From Candidatus Omnitrophota bacterium (GTDB lineage Bacteria > Omnitrophota > Gorgyraeia > Zapsychrales > Fredricksoniimonadaceae), in assembly GCA_044225175.1 (NCBI GenBank), contig JBGAJA010000001.1, positions 70,994 through 134,993 of the forward strand: 64,000 bases of DNA, given 5' to 3'. The notes beneath the pieces are model-generated. The model did no database searches and had not been told where the DNA came from. It saw only the letters and a program-made list of their open reading frames with translations. The position numbers were made by a program, and so were the translations under genes. The first letter of the stretch is position 1; each line of letters opens with the position of its first letter. Below are positions 11,404 to 21,522 of the stretch, one piece after another.

Positions 11404-13260
11404 TTAAGCTGCTGGAGTTAATGCCATCGGAGTAAAAGCATTGGCATGTTCTTTGCAGATGTTGAGCAAATTTTGACGGCATTCATCTAATTCACTTAAC
11501 ATTCTAGCTCGTGCTTCTGCAGATTCATCGACCATCTGTGGGAAAAGTTTAGCGTAGTAATCCATTCCTTCTAAAAGATTATCTTTAAACTCTGTGAAGT
11601 ATTTTGCTTTATTGCCGTTAAGTGATTCTAAAGACTTAACCACATCATTTCTCAAATAATCCACATACATTCTTAATTCTTTGATGAACATATTAGGTCT
11701 ATAGGTGTCATTTAAGATATTGATACGGCCATAAATATGATCCGTCATTTCCTTAAGAGTGACAATCTTCGAGAAGTAAGCAATATTCGGTCCTGGGCAA
11801 ACAGCGGTGAAGCGAGGCACATTGCCAATTTCGTGATTAATGAGTACTGCTTCAGCAAGGTCATTGCAAATGCAAGACTTGGTAACAATGGCATCAAATC
11901 GTTTTTTGTACTCTTGTTGTTCTAAATTTAAAGAGGTGAGTTGCTCTAATTTTAATTTTTGATATTGGCGGCTGGCTGTACAAATTGGTTTTGGCGTAAA
12001 TTCTGTATTAGAAACCAAGTGTCCCTTTGGACAAGCACTTCCTGGACGGCCTTTCATGACGCGCTGATCACGCTCCATATCGCTTAAAGATTCACGCAAA
12101 TTATTGAAAGGAACTCCTAGAGGAGACACAGGACTTAAATACACATCATTTTCCGTTGCTTTAGATAATTTTTCCAAAGTGATTGCATCAACGTTCGTGA
12201 CCTCCGGGCAGAGCAACATAGGTGTACCCCAGCCAGTGCCATCAAGATTGTAGTACTTGCGAATAAAAGTATCTTCTTTATAAGTACCAATACCACCTTG
12301 AGCGGTAATTTTCATATTCAGAGGAAGAGCAGAGGTGATTTTATTTTTTAGTTTCAAAGCTTCTGTACAGATTTTGTGCAAATCTTCTGCTAATTGATGG
12401 CGCTTAACTTTGAATTCTTCCATGATAGGGGCCATAAGATACCCATCCGTTGCAAAGGCATGTCCGCCGCAATTAAGACCGGACTCAATACGATATTCAG
12501 AAACCCATAATCCTTTTTTAGCTAAGAATTTTCCTTGAATCAAGGTAGAGCGAAAATCACTCACCTTTAATATAATTTTCTTTTTGATGTCTCCAGTTGA
12601 ATCCGCATAAAAATCTTTAAAGTTTTCAACATAACCATATAAACGTCGATTAAAGCCAGCAGAGAATTCAATGGCTGAGCGCACTTTACTTTGGGCATAG
12701 CCACGCAGCGCTGCTAAGCCATCGGAGAACTCAGGAGGCAAGAGATTGCCTTTAGGATCATAATTATCACGATCCAATTTGGTCATGATATTCACATTAA
12801 TGTCGCCTGGTCGCATGGCATCACGAAGGTTCTTTTGAAGACCTTCTTTGATCTTTGCATCTTGGCAGGCAAGCATGTCTCTATAGGCAGCTTTAAGTAC
12901 GGAATCATCAGGAAGTATTTCGAAATATTTGGTGATTTCTGAACCAGGGGAGAATTCTGAGTTTTTGACAGCGGTGAATTCTTTTTCAACAATAAAATCA
13001 AGTAAATCTAAATAGGCAGTAATACGACGCGCGCGGAAGTCTTCGTCATATTTGGTAATGGGGGTATATGGCTGCTGATATTTTTCACTGTAAAACTTAC
13101 GCATTTGCTCGATTAAAATGTCATCTACCAGAGAAATGACAGAGTGGATGCCATATTTAGCCACCTTAACAGGGCTGTCTATCGTGAAAGCTGTACCCAT
13201 AACCGGTATGTGGAACGTATGTATATTTGTGTCCTTAAACATACTGCAAGTATAGTCCAT
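11404..13260 (-). CDS. Hypothetical protein, 618 aa, no confident family assignment
   Basis: Long intact ORF on the minus strand, divergent from ppa; contains GLNCGGHAF and QGGIGTYKED…DGTGWGTPML, faintly reminiscent of FMN-binding TIM-barrel oxidoreductases. Confidence 0.6.
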   Translation of the reverse strand: MDYTCSMFKDTNIHTFHIPVMGTAFTIDSPVKVAKYGIHSVISLVDDILIEQMRKFYSEKYQQPYTPITKYDEDFRARRITAYLDLLDFIVEKEFTAVKNSEFSPGSEITKYFEILPDDSVLKAAYRDMLACQDAKIKEGLQKNLRDAMRPGDINVNIMTKLDRDNYDPKGNLLPPEFSDGLAALRGYAQSKVRSAIEFSAGFNRRLYGYVENFKDFYADSTGDIKKKIILKVSDFRSTLIQGKFLAKKGLWVSEYRIESGLNCGGHAFATDGYLMAPIMEEFKVKRHQLAEDLHKICTEALKLKNKITSALPLNMKITAQGGIGTYKEDTFIRKYYNLDGTGWGTPMLLCPEVTNVDAITLEKLSKATENDVYLSPVSPLGVPFNNLRESLSDMERDQRVMKGRPGSACPKGHLVSNTEFTPKPICTASRQYQKLKLEQLTSLNLEQQEYKKRFDAIVTKSCICNDLAEAVLINHEIGNVPRFTAVCPGPNIAYFSKIVTLKEMTDHIYGRINILNDTYRPNMFIKELRMYVDYLRNDVVKSLESLNGNKAKYFTEFKDNLLEGMDYYAKLFPQMVDESAEARARMLSELDECRQNLLNICKEHANAFTPMALTPAA

Positions 13261-13290
13261 CTAAGCTAAAAGGCAAGGAATAATATCCCC

Positions 13291-13318
13291 TTGAATTTCC
13301 ATTGAACTTGGTTATACT
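13291..13318 (+). promoter_or_regulatory. Candidate sigma70-like promoter for ppa (TTGAAT-16 nt-TATACT)
   Basis: -35 TTGAAT (13291-13296), 16-nt spacer, -10 TATACT (13313-13318), 46 nt upstream of the ppa ATG, in a divergent intergenic region. Confidence 0.3.
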
Positions 13319-13364
13319 AAGGCATCTTTAAACGTGTAACCTCTTCAATTTTAAGGACTTTAAT

Positions 13365-14045
13365 ATGACTGATGATTTGAATTCCCTCTGGCAAAATTTG
13401 GCGCTTTTACTACGTTCTCACCCCTGGCATGGCATTCCAATTGGGGAAGATGCCCCCAAAATGATTAACACATATATTGAAACAGTCCCATCCGATACAG
13501 TTAAATACGAAATTGATAAAAAGAGTGGTTTTCTGAAAGTAGATAGACCTCAGAAGTATTCCAGTATTTGTCCTACTCTTTATGGCTTTATTCCTCAAAC
13601 ATACTGCTCTAAAAATGTCGCAGATCTTTGCCGTGAACGTACCGGACGTGAATATATTATTGGGGATGATGATCCTTTGGATATCTGTGTTTTGACCGAA
13701 AAGGTAATCAGCCATGGCGATATTATCATTCGTGCTATTCCTATTGGCGGCTTTCGCATGATTGATGGGGGACAGGCGGATGACAAAATTATTTCTGTTA
13801 TGCAAGGAGATGGGCTTTACAGTCAATGGGACAATATTGAAGATTGCCCACGCGCTTTCATTGACAGGCTTAAGCACTATTTCTTGACCTATAAAGATCT
13901 TCCTGGATCAGATGAACGTGCCTGTGAAATTACTCATATTTATGGCCGTGAAGAGGCGATGGAGGTTATTCGCCGGTCCCGCCAAGATTACACAGAACGT
14001 TTTAGTAAGCTTGAATCGATGATGGAAGTCATTCAAGAAGAATAA
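13365..14045 (+). CDS. ppa: Inorganic pyrophosphatase (family I)
   Basis: …EIDKKSGFLKVDRP…YGFIPQT…IGDDDPLDICVL matches the PPase family-I signature region (D-[SGN]-D-P-[LIV]-D). Confidence 0.8.
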   Translation: MTDDLNSLWQNLALLLRSHPWHGIPIGEDAPKMINTYIETVPSDTVKYEIDKKSGFLKVDRPQKYSSICPTLYGFIPQTYCSKNVADLCRERTGREYIIGDDDPLDICVLTEKVISHGDIIIRAIPIGGFRMIDGGQADDKIISVMQGDGLYSQWDNIEDCPRAFIDRLKHYFLTYKDLPGSDERACEITHIYGREEAMEVIRRSRQDYTERFSKLESMMEVIQEE

Positions 14046-14067
14046 ACGACATAAGGATAGGCCCATC

Positions 14068-14811
14068 ATGTTTAGAATTAAGTTTCTCTTAATTTGTACT
14101 TTTATTCTCACCAGTGTTTTTAATGCTTCGGCAGCAGAGAATCCATTTAAAAAGAATAATCCTGATGGCAATAAATATGAGTTTGCGAGAAGCTACATTT
14201 CCGCCTTAAGTTATTTTCAAGCCATCCGTACGCGATGGGAAAAATCTCCTCCTAAAAAGAAGTTTGCTAAAGATGACATCAAAGTGATCCATTTAAGTAT
14301 GGATTATTTGGTCAATGATAATGCAGACTTAAGAGTTGCTAAGAATTACATGATCAAATACCTGGATTCACCAAATTCTTTGATGCGTAAAGTGTCCGAT
14401 TTGATGATTGTGGCTTGTGACAGAGATATTGCATTGAATAATAAGTCGAAGAATTTATGGCAGGATTGGTTGATTAAAAAGCTGCAGGAGAAAAAAGTAA
14501 AGCCAGAAGATGAAAAAGTGTTTATTGCAGCTCAAAGTGATTTAGAGCTCAAACGCAAGGAATCCGATAAGTCCATTATTAAAGCATCGATTTTGTTGAC
14601 CAAGGTTTTGTTGAGTCAGGATAATGCGAATGACAAAGGAAAGTTGCTCGCGATTACCAAGAAACAACGATATAAATTGTTAGATAATTTAGATGTGTAT
14701 GGTAAGGATGTATTAGATTGGGGATTAAAGCCCGGTCAGAGCACGCTTGAAGCCTCAATTGCCGTTATCCGTGAAATTTTAGAAGATCCAATGTTTACCG
14801 CTCATAATTAA
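14068..14811 (+). CDS. Secreted hypothetical protein
   Basis: MFRIKFLLICTFILTSVFNASAAE signal peptide; lysine-rich; no recognised domain. Confidence 0.55.
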   Translation: MFRIKFLLICTFILTSVFNASAAENPFKKNNPDGNKYEFARSYISALSYFQAIRTRWEKSPPKKKFAKDDIKVIHLSMDYLVNDNADLRVAKNYMIKYLDSPNSLMRKVSDLMIVACDRDIALNNKSKNLWQDWLIKKLQEKKVKPEDEKVFIAAQSDLELKRKESDKSIIKASILLTKVLLSQDNANDKGKLLAITKKQRYKLLDNLDVYGKDVLDWGLKPGQSTLEASIAVIREILEDPMFTAHN

Positions 14812-14836
14812 CAGCCTTACATCCCTAACATATTTC

Positions 14837-17800
14837 ATGTCCCAATTGTTCCAATTTCCAGAAATCTGTATTACTGAAGCTTCTGCGGGGAGCGGTAAAA
14901 CATACGCCCTTGCCAGACGCTATGTGCAATTACTTTTAAAGACAGCAAACGACAATCCTCAAAGTTTTCAGAACATCCTCGCCATCACCTTTACCAATAA
15001 AGCCTCTTTAGAAATGAAATCCCGCGTCCTTTATTTTCTAAAGAAGATTGCTCTTAATCAATTATCACAAGAAGAAGAAAAAGACTTTCTAGGAAATATA
15101 GGTTTATCTTCACAGCGAGCAGGCAAGATTGCTTTTAATCTGATGGAACTTTTGATCCGTCATTATCACTTTTTTTCAATTAAAACGATCGATAGTTTTA
15201 TCAATGCTCTTTTGGCAGGATGCGCTTTTAAGATCAATCTTTCAGCTAGATTTAAGATTCAGCGTAATAGTGATGATTATCTTCAGCAAAGTTTGGATTT
15301 ATGGATTGCTCAAGCTTCACAAGACGCCAAGATTAGAAAACTCTTAGATGAATTTGTGCACCAATATTTATTTTTGGAAAATAGGAGTGGATGGTTTCCC
15401 AAAGAGGAATTATTTGGGGCGTTAAGATTGCTATTTAGTGAGTTTAATACTTACCAGAAAACTTTTTTGACATTTCCGGTTGAAAGTGGAGATCTTTATT
15501 TAGCAAAGAAGAATTTTTTAGATTTGCTTCGTGAAATCCACGCTCTTTCTAACCCATCCATGAATAAGAAATTTTATGAGGGATTAACTCAATTTTTAGA
15601 GCAGCATCCAGTTTCGTTTGATTTAGATGACTTAAGTCGATACTTCTCTTATCCTGCATTTCCAGGAAACAAAAATGCACAGATTAGCCCAGAACTAGAG
15701 AAGGTATGGTCCAAGGCTCATAAGGCAGCAGCGAATCTTTGTTTGGCAGAAAGCTTTGGAGTGTTTAACCCCTATGTGGTCATTTTTGAACATATCATGG
15801 ATATCTTCCGCAGACTTTGTACTCAAGATGACATTTTATTTCTTCAAGAACTTAATAAGAAAGCATCCACGCTCATTGAGAGTGGAATTACTGTAAGCGA
15901 GTTGTATTATCGTCTGGCTGTTCGTTTTCACCATTATTTAATTGATGAATTTCAAGATACAAGTTTGTCTCAATGGCAGAATTTATTTCCTTTGGTCCAG
16001 GAAGCTCTTTCGACGGGGGGATCGCTGTTTTATGTAGGCGATAAGAAGCAGGCGATCTATTCATTTCGAGGCGGTGAAAGCGGCCTGTTTGATGAATTAC
16101 CTAAGCAAATTCCTAATGCTCCCGTCAATTATGAATATCTTTCGAAGAATTGGCGCAGTCACAAGGCCATTGTGCAGTTTAATAATGAAATTTTTAGCAA
16201 ACAGAATTTAGAAGATTTTTTTCAAAGGCGCCAAGACTTTTATCTAGAGAAAGACAAGTCTCATGATGAGATATTTTTCAGTGATGCAGATATTCATGGT
16301 ATTCAAAAGACGTTTGAACATTCTTATCAAGAAATTAGAGAAGATCTGAACCAAGGTTACGTAAAAATCTTTTCTATTGAAGGTAAAAGAAAACAAGAGC
16401 GCCAGGATTATATTAAACAGAATCTTTTCAACATTATTTCAGATGCTTCTCAAAGATTTGAACCCCAAGACATTGTAGTTCTCACTCGGACTAATGGCCA
16501 GGTAGAGGAAGTAACTCAATGGCTTTTAAGTCAGGGTATTAGCGCTTATTCTGAGAGAAGCTCAGATATCAAAAACCATCCTCTAATCATTGAGATCTTG
16601 GATTTCTTGCGATTCTTGAATTCACCTAACGATCAAGTCAGCTTTGCTAGGATTTTATTGGGTGAGATATTTAGTAAGGCTTCAGGAATTTCCCAGGAGT
16701 CCTTAAGAGGCTTTCTATTTGAATGCCGCTTGAAGAAGATGTCGGTTAAAGACCTTTCTATTTATCAGGAGTTTAAAACTAAGTACACACACGTTTGGGA
16801 GGAACACTTCGAGGATTTCTTTTCTCAGACAGGAATTTATCCTGTTTATGAATTAGTTGTCAGTATTTATGCGAAGTTTCATTTGCATGAATTTAAGGAG
16901 GCTCAAGGGTTTCTCATGCATTTCTTGGAATTGATTAAGCGTCGTGAGGAATTTAGCTCCGATTTGGAAGGTTTTATTGAATATTTTGATCATCTGCAAA
17001 ACGAAGAACGCTTTGTGCCCATTCAATCTCAGAGAGCCATTCAAGTTATGACAGTGCATAAGGCCAAAGGATTGGAATTTCCTGTTGTCATCATCCCATT
17101 CTTAGAAATAGCTATACAGACATCCAAATCTTCCGATAAGGCGCTTTCATACGTATTGGATGTCTCTGACGAGGGTTTACGTATGTTGAGGCTTAAGAAA
17201 ACGTATGGACGTTTTAATGAGCTTTTGAAGGACCGATATGAAAAGGAATATAAAGACTCTCTGGCTATTGAATTAAATAATATTTATGTCGCATTAACCC
17301 GAGCCATTAATGAGTTGTATGTCATGGTTCCTGAGAGAAGTGCCAATAGCATTAATCCTGCAAAATTCCTGATTCCTGATTCCTTGTATTTATTAGGACA
17401 TAAAGAAAGCAATCTCAAACATAACAAAGAAATGGAATCTCTGCCTGTTTTGTCAACAAATCTGAATTTATCTTGGATGAAGCAATTTAAGGAAGAAGCT
17501 CTTGAGGATAGCGACCTGCAACTTAAGATCCGCCAGCAAGGCATTATGATGCATTTTTGTTTGGCGCAGATCACAAGGATTGATAAAGATTTATCTGTCA
17601 TTGTTGCTGAGGTGATTGAATTAGCAAAGATTAAGGGATTTGATATAGAAGACGGGTCAAAATTGTTGAATTTCCTTTCTAGAAAAGATGTGCGACCTTT
17701 TTTTGAGGTCGGTCAAGATGTCGAGATTCTTTGTGAGCAAGAAATGGTCAATAAGTTTGGTGATGCTAAGCGTATAGATAGGTTAATGATCTTTAAGGAT

Positions 17801-17935
17801 AAGGTATGGATTGTTGATTTCAAGACTAGTCATTTTGAACAAGAAAGTCATCAAAAGCAGATTAAAGAATATGAGAATTTAATCAGAGAGATTTATCCGA
17901 AGCATAAGGTAGAAGGATTTTTGGTTTATTTATGA
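14837..17935 (+). CDS. addA: AddA/RecB-like UvrD-family helicase with C-terminal PD-(D/E)XK nuclease
   Basis: Walker A SAGSGKTYAL, motif Ia TFTNKASLEM, motif II DEFQDT, motif III GDKKQAIYSFRGG; C-terminal nuclease motif IVDFKTS. Confidence 0.8.
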   Translation: MSQLFQFPEICITEASAGSGKTYALARRYVQLLLKTANDNPQSFQNILAITFTNKASLEMKSRVLYFLKKIALNQLSQEEEKDFLGNIGLSSQRAGKIAFNLMELLIRHYHFFSIKTIDSFINALLAGCAFKINLSARFKIQRNSDDYLQQSLDLWIAQASQDAKIRKLLDEFVHQYLFLENRSGWFPKEELFGALRLLFSEFNTYQKTFLTFPVESGDLYLAKKNFLDLLREIHALSNPSMNKKFYEGLTQFLEQHPVSFDLDDLSRYFSYPAFPGNKNAQISPELEKVWSKAHKAAANLCLAESFGVFNPYVVIFEHIMDIFRRLCTQDDILFLQELNKKASTLIESGITVSELYYRLAVRFHHYLIDEFQDTSLSQWQNLFPLVQEALSTGGSLFYVGDKKQAIYSFRGGESGLFDELPKQIPNAPVNYEYLSKNWRSHKAIVQFNNEIFSKQNLEDFFQRRQDFYLEKDKSHDEIFFSDADIHGIQKTFEHSYQEIREDLNQGYVKIFSIEGKRKQERQDYIKQNLFNIISDASQRFEPQDIVVLTRTNGQVEEVTQWLLSQGISAYSERSSDIKNHPLIIEILDFLRFLNSPNDQVSFARILLGEIFSKASGISQESLRGFLFECRLKKMSVKDLSIYQEFKTKYTHVWEEHFEDFFSQTGIYPVYELVVSIYAKFHLHEFKEAQGFLMHFLELIKRREEFSSDLEGFIEYFDHLQNEERFVPIQSQRAIQVMTVHKAKGLEFPVVIIPFLEIAIQTSKSSDKALSYVLDVSDEGLRMLRLKKTYGRFNELLKDRYEKEYKDSLAIELNNIYVALTRAINELYVMVPERSANSINPAKFLIPDSLYLLGHKESNLKHNKEMESLPVLSTNLNLSWMKQFKEEALEDSDLQLKIRQQGIMMHFCLAQITRIDKDLSVIVAEVIELAKIKGFDIEDGSKLLNFLSRKDVRPFFEVGQDVEILCEQEMVNKFGDAKRIDRLMIFKDKVWIVDFKTSHFEQESHQKQIKEYENLIREIYPKHKVEGFLVYL

Positions 17936-20733
17936 GCAAAATTATTACCATCCCATTCACCGAAGATTTCATCGATCACTTAGCCGATTATATTCTTCAA
18001 GAATATATGCTCAAGGGTAAGGATTTGCGTCAATTGGCTGTTGTGTTTGGGGGGCATCGGCCATATTTATTCTTGAAACGTGCTTTGGCTAAGCGAGTCA
18101 AAGGAGCTTTTTATCCTCCAGCATTCTTTACGATCGATGAATGGATGAGAAATATCGTGGAGAATTCTCAGAAAGCAAAATCTATATCTCAATTAGATCA
18201 TTATTATTTGATTTATCAGTTAGCTCAACAATGTACTCCAGAGCTTTTAAAAGGAAGAGAGCGTTTTAGTTCTTTTCTTGGCTGGGCCAAGGAAATTCAT
18301 TCATTGATTGAGCACCTTGATCTTGAGCTAACATCCCAGGAAGTTCTTAAGAATTTGCAAGCGCAAGCCCAAATAGGTTTTGATATCCCACAAGATATAA
18401 CTAGCTTGCTTGAGAGTTTATTCATTTTAAGAAAAGAGTATCATCAGCATTTAGATGTAAAGGGTGTTTTTTCTAGAGGATTTCAATATACCAAGGCCAG
18501 CCAATTAATATCTAATGTGGTCTTAAATCAATGGCAGGAGATTCTATTTTGTAATTTCTTTTATTTACATCGTAGTGAGATGAAAGTGATTGAATATTGT
18601 TATACCCAGGCTAATACAACGCTTTTTATGCAAGGTGACGAGCGAAGATGGCCCGCCTTAAAGCGTATTTCTTCTGTTCTAGGAGGACATATTCTTGAAG
18701 GTGACAAGGTGATTGAAGGAGATTTTAAACTCAAGATTCATGCTGCCTTTGATATTCATTCTCAGGCAGCCATGGTGAAAGATATTTTGAAATCTATTTC
18801 TAATCCTGAAAAGACAGTCGTTGTATTACCTAATGCAGATTTTGTTTTACCGTTATTGTCCTTTTTATCCAGTGAAGTTAAAGAATTTAATATTTCTATG
18901 GGCTATCCCTTAAAGCGTAGTGCTTTATATGCTTTGCTTGAGAAGATTTTTTTAGCTCAGAAGTCTAGGCAAAACAATTTGTATTACACCAGAGACTATT
19001 TGAGGGTTTTTCGTCATCCATTGGTCAAGAACCTTGATTTGTCTGGTGAAGAGATCACAAGAATTTTAATTAATACCCTAGAAGAGGCGTTGATTGGACA
19101 GATTGCTTCTGACTTTTCGGGACGGATTTTTATAGATATTAATGAAATTGCTTTTCATGAAAAGATCTTGGATGAAACTATAGGTTCCCTCCAATCTATG
19201 AATATTCCTGTAACACGGGAAGATCTTAAAGCGACTCTTGAAGCTTTACATGACCTTCTCTTTAGAAAATGGCAAAATGCTGCGACCTTTGGAGATTTGG
19301 CTAGTGTGTTAGGAGATTTTACGACACTTATGCGCCGCCAAAGTCCTTTGCTGCAGTATCCATTTAATGAACGTATCGCTTTTTATATGGAATCTGTAAG
19401 CCAAGAACTTTCTTCAAGTGAATTTGCTAAAGAGAAGTTTTCACCCATTGAAATGTTTCGAATTTTAGAAGATACGCTCAGCGGGCAATTGGTTGCTTTT
19501 ACGGGTTCTCCTTTACGCGGTTTACAAGTACTAGGACTCTTTGAAACAAGGGCTTTGAGTTTTGAACATGTGATTGTGGTTGATGTCAATGAAGGCATTC
19601 TGCCAAACTTGAATATCTATGAACCTTTGATTCCTCGAGACATTATGATTAGATTGAATTTAGACCGTTTGGAATTGGAAGAAGAAATTCAGCGTTATGG
19701 TTTTATGCGTTTGGTTTCATCTGCCAAGCATGTCCACTTGATTTATCAGAAGCGTCCAGATCGTCAACGAAGTCGATTCATTGAGGAATTAATTTGGCAG
19801 GAAGAAAAGGCGCAAGAGAAAATTGATGTCGTTCCTTTAGAATCAGGTCGTTTTCAGATTCAGCTGACATCAAAGCAAAGAGTAATTCCAAAGACCCCTG
19901 CTGTGATTGAGTTCTTAAAAGGGATGACATTTTCGGCCTCTAGCCTCAACACCTACTTACGTAATCCTTATGAGTTCTATGAGAACTATGTATTAGGACT
20001 TAGAGAGCAAGATAATTTGTTAGATGAGCCGGATGCGAGGCATATTGGGACTTTTGTTCATGATGTTCTAGAAATTTCTTTTAAGGGCTTTATTAATAAA
20101 AAACCTGTCATTGATGACGAATTCAAGAAGTATTTTTTCAGAATCGTGGGGCAGCGTTTCGAAGAGGTTTTTGGTAAGAAGCAAAGAAGCGATTCTTTCT
20201 TGCTTAAGAGTGTTTTTGATACAAGATTCGAACGTTTTTTAATGACAGAAGCGGATCGTTGTCACAGTACTGTCGAGTCTATTCTTCAGCTGGAGAGAAA
20301 ATTTAATGAAGTTATTCAATTAAAAGAAAACAAGGTTAAATTGACCTATCGCATGGATCGTATTGATAGGCTTTTGGATGGAAGTATTTTGGTTTTAGAT
20401 TATAAGACAGGAGGCCAGGAGATCATGCCTAAAGATTTTGATATGTTTACTCAAGAGCCTCTCTCCAGGGAGCTTATTCGTGATCATTTGCTGTCCTTCC
20501 AAATGCCACTCTACCTTCATTATCTACAAGGTATTTATCCTGACTCTTCAATCAATGCAGGCTTATATCATTTAAGGACCGGTCGTTTAGAAAAGTTTAT
20601 TAAAGAAGCTCGATCAGAAGACTCTCAAAAAGCCATCACAGCTGGACTTGCCGCATTAGATTTTATAGTCAGTGAGATTTTAGATCCAAATACACCTTTT
20701 GTGGATGACCCTGGTCATAAGAACCAAGATTAA
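17932..20733 (+). CDS. AddB-like nuclease subunit (PD-(D/E)XK, no Walker A, no Cys cluster)
   Basis: 933 aa, ATGA-coupled to the upstream helicase gene; RecB-type nuclease motif LVLDYKTGG near the C-terminus; no GxGKT motif; only scattered Cys (no Fe-S staple). Confidence 0.7.
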   Translation: MSKIITIPFTEDFIDHLADYILQEYMLKGKDLRQLAVVFGGHRPYLFLKRALAKRVKGAFYPPAFFTIDEWMRNIVENSQKAKSISQLDHYYLIYQLAQQCTPELLKGRERFSSFLGWAKEIHSLIEHLDLELTSQEVLKNLQAQAQIGFDIPQDITSLLESLFILRKEYHQHLDVKGVFSRGFQYTKASQLISNVVLNQWQEILFCNFFYLHRSEMKVIEYCYTQANTTLFMQGDERRWPALKRISSVLGGHILEGDKVIEGDFKLKIHAAFDIHSQAAMVKDILKSISNPEKTVVVLPNADFVLPLLSFLSSEVKEFNISMGYPLKRSALYALLEKIFLAQKSRQNNLYYTRDYLRVFRHPLVKNLDLSGEEITRILINTLEEALIGQIASDFSGRIFIDINEIAFHEKILDETIGSLQSMNIPVTREDLKATLEALHDLLFRKWQNAATFGDLASVLGDFTTLMRRQSPLLQYPFNERIAFYMESVSQELSSSEFAKEKFSPIEMFRILEDTLSGQLVAFTGSPLRGLQVLGLFETRALSFEHVIVVDVNEGILPNLNIYEPLIPRDIMIRLNLDRLELEEEIQRYGFMRLVSSAKHVHLIYQKRPDRQRSRFIEELIWQEEKAQEKIDVVPLESGRFQIQLTSKQRVIPKTPAVIEFLKGMTFSASSLNTYLRNPYEFYENYVLGLREQDNLLDEPDARHIGTFVHDVLEISFKGFINKKPVIDDEFKKYFFRIVGQRFEEVFGKKQRSDSFLLKSVFDTRFERFLMTEADRCHSTVESILQLERKFNEVIQLKENKVKLTYRMDRIDRLLDGSILVLDYKTGGQEIMPKDFDMFTQEPLSRELIRDHLLSFQMPLYLHYLQGIYPDSSINAGLYHLRTGRLEKFIKEARSEDSQKAITAGLAALDFIVSEILDPNTPFVDDPGHKNQD

Positions 20734-20861
20734 TAGAAATAATGGGAAAGCTATTGATTAAGAAGTGGAATAATATAAAATTAATGCCATACGAACCTGC
20801 CTGCCGGCAGGCAAGCCTACGAGGTTCCGTAAAGTTCCAACCATAGAAAAGGATCAAACTA

Positions 20862-21224
20862 ATGCCAAAATGTGTGATGGTCGTTGATGACGAAGAAATT
20901 GTTGTAGAAATATCCAAGCGAAAATTAATGGAACGCGGCTATGACGTTCTTGTTGCTTTAGACGGTGAGCAAGCATTAGAAGTATTAAAATCTAAGATTC
21001 CTGATTTAATTTTATTAGACATTCAAATGCCAAAAATGAATGGCTATACATTTGTGATGGAAAAGAACAAAGTTCCAGAATATGTCAATATTCCTGTCAT
21101 TGTTTTGACAGCTTATGGCGAAATGGAACCTCTTCTTAAACGTCATGGAATTAGTTCCTACCTCTTAAAACCTCTCAAACTTCAAGAATTACTCGATAAA
21201 GTCCAAGAAACTATTGGAGTATAA
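20862..21224 (+). CDS. Stand-alone response-regulator receiver domain (CheY-like)
   Basis: VMVVDDEE…DLILLDIQMPKMNGY…LKP: phospho-acceptor Asp and conserved Lys pattern; 120 aa with no output domain. Confidence 0.8.
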   Translation: MPKCVMVVDDEEIVVEISKRKLMERGYDVLVALDGEQALEVLKSKIPDLILLDIQMPKMNGYTFVMEKNKVPEYVNIPVIVLTAYGEMEPLLKRHGISSYLLKPLKLQELLDKVQETIGV

Positions 21225-21229
21225 GTTCT

Positions 21230-21499
21230 ATGAGTGAAGATCTTCAAGAACAAGAAAAACAGGTTAAATTAAAAGAGTTCTTTGAAAGAGCTCGTAAAGG
21301 TGTTTTGAAGTATTTAGACCAAAAGGGAGGATTTCTCTCTATGGCTGAATTGCATGACTATAGTCTAAAAACATATTTGATACAGCACCAGAGATTCTCG
21401 ATTATGATGGAATCCTTTGTGAATGAAGGATTAGTCAGTTTTGATCAAGAAACCCAAGACGTTTTAATTACTGATCAGGGTAAAAAATTTATTAAGTAG
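21230..21499 (+). CDS. Hypothetical small protein (89 aa)
   Basis: ORF with plausible spacing between the receiver gene and ssb; no motif recognised. Confidence 0.45.
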   Translation: MSEDLQEQEKQVKLKEFFERARKGVLKYLDQKGGFLSMAELHDYSLKTYLIQHQRFSIMMESFVNEGLVSFDQETQDVLITDQGKKFIK

Positions 21500-21522
21500 G
21501 ATTGTTGTAGAAAGGAATCTGT

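Noticed and set aside
20862-21499. Considered the receiver-domain gene plus the 89-aa downstream ORF as a toxin-antitoxin or anti-sigma partner-switch pair
   Set aside because: The receiver domain has a normal phospho-acceptor signature. The small protein shows none of the STAS, HATPase or RHH/HTH motifs, so I cannot support a specific system from sequence alone.
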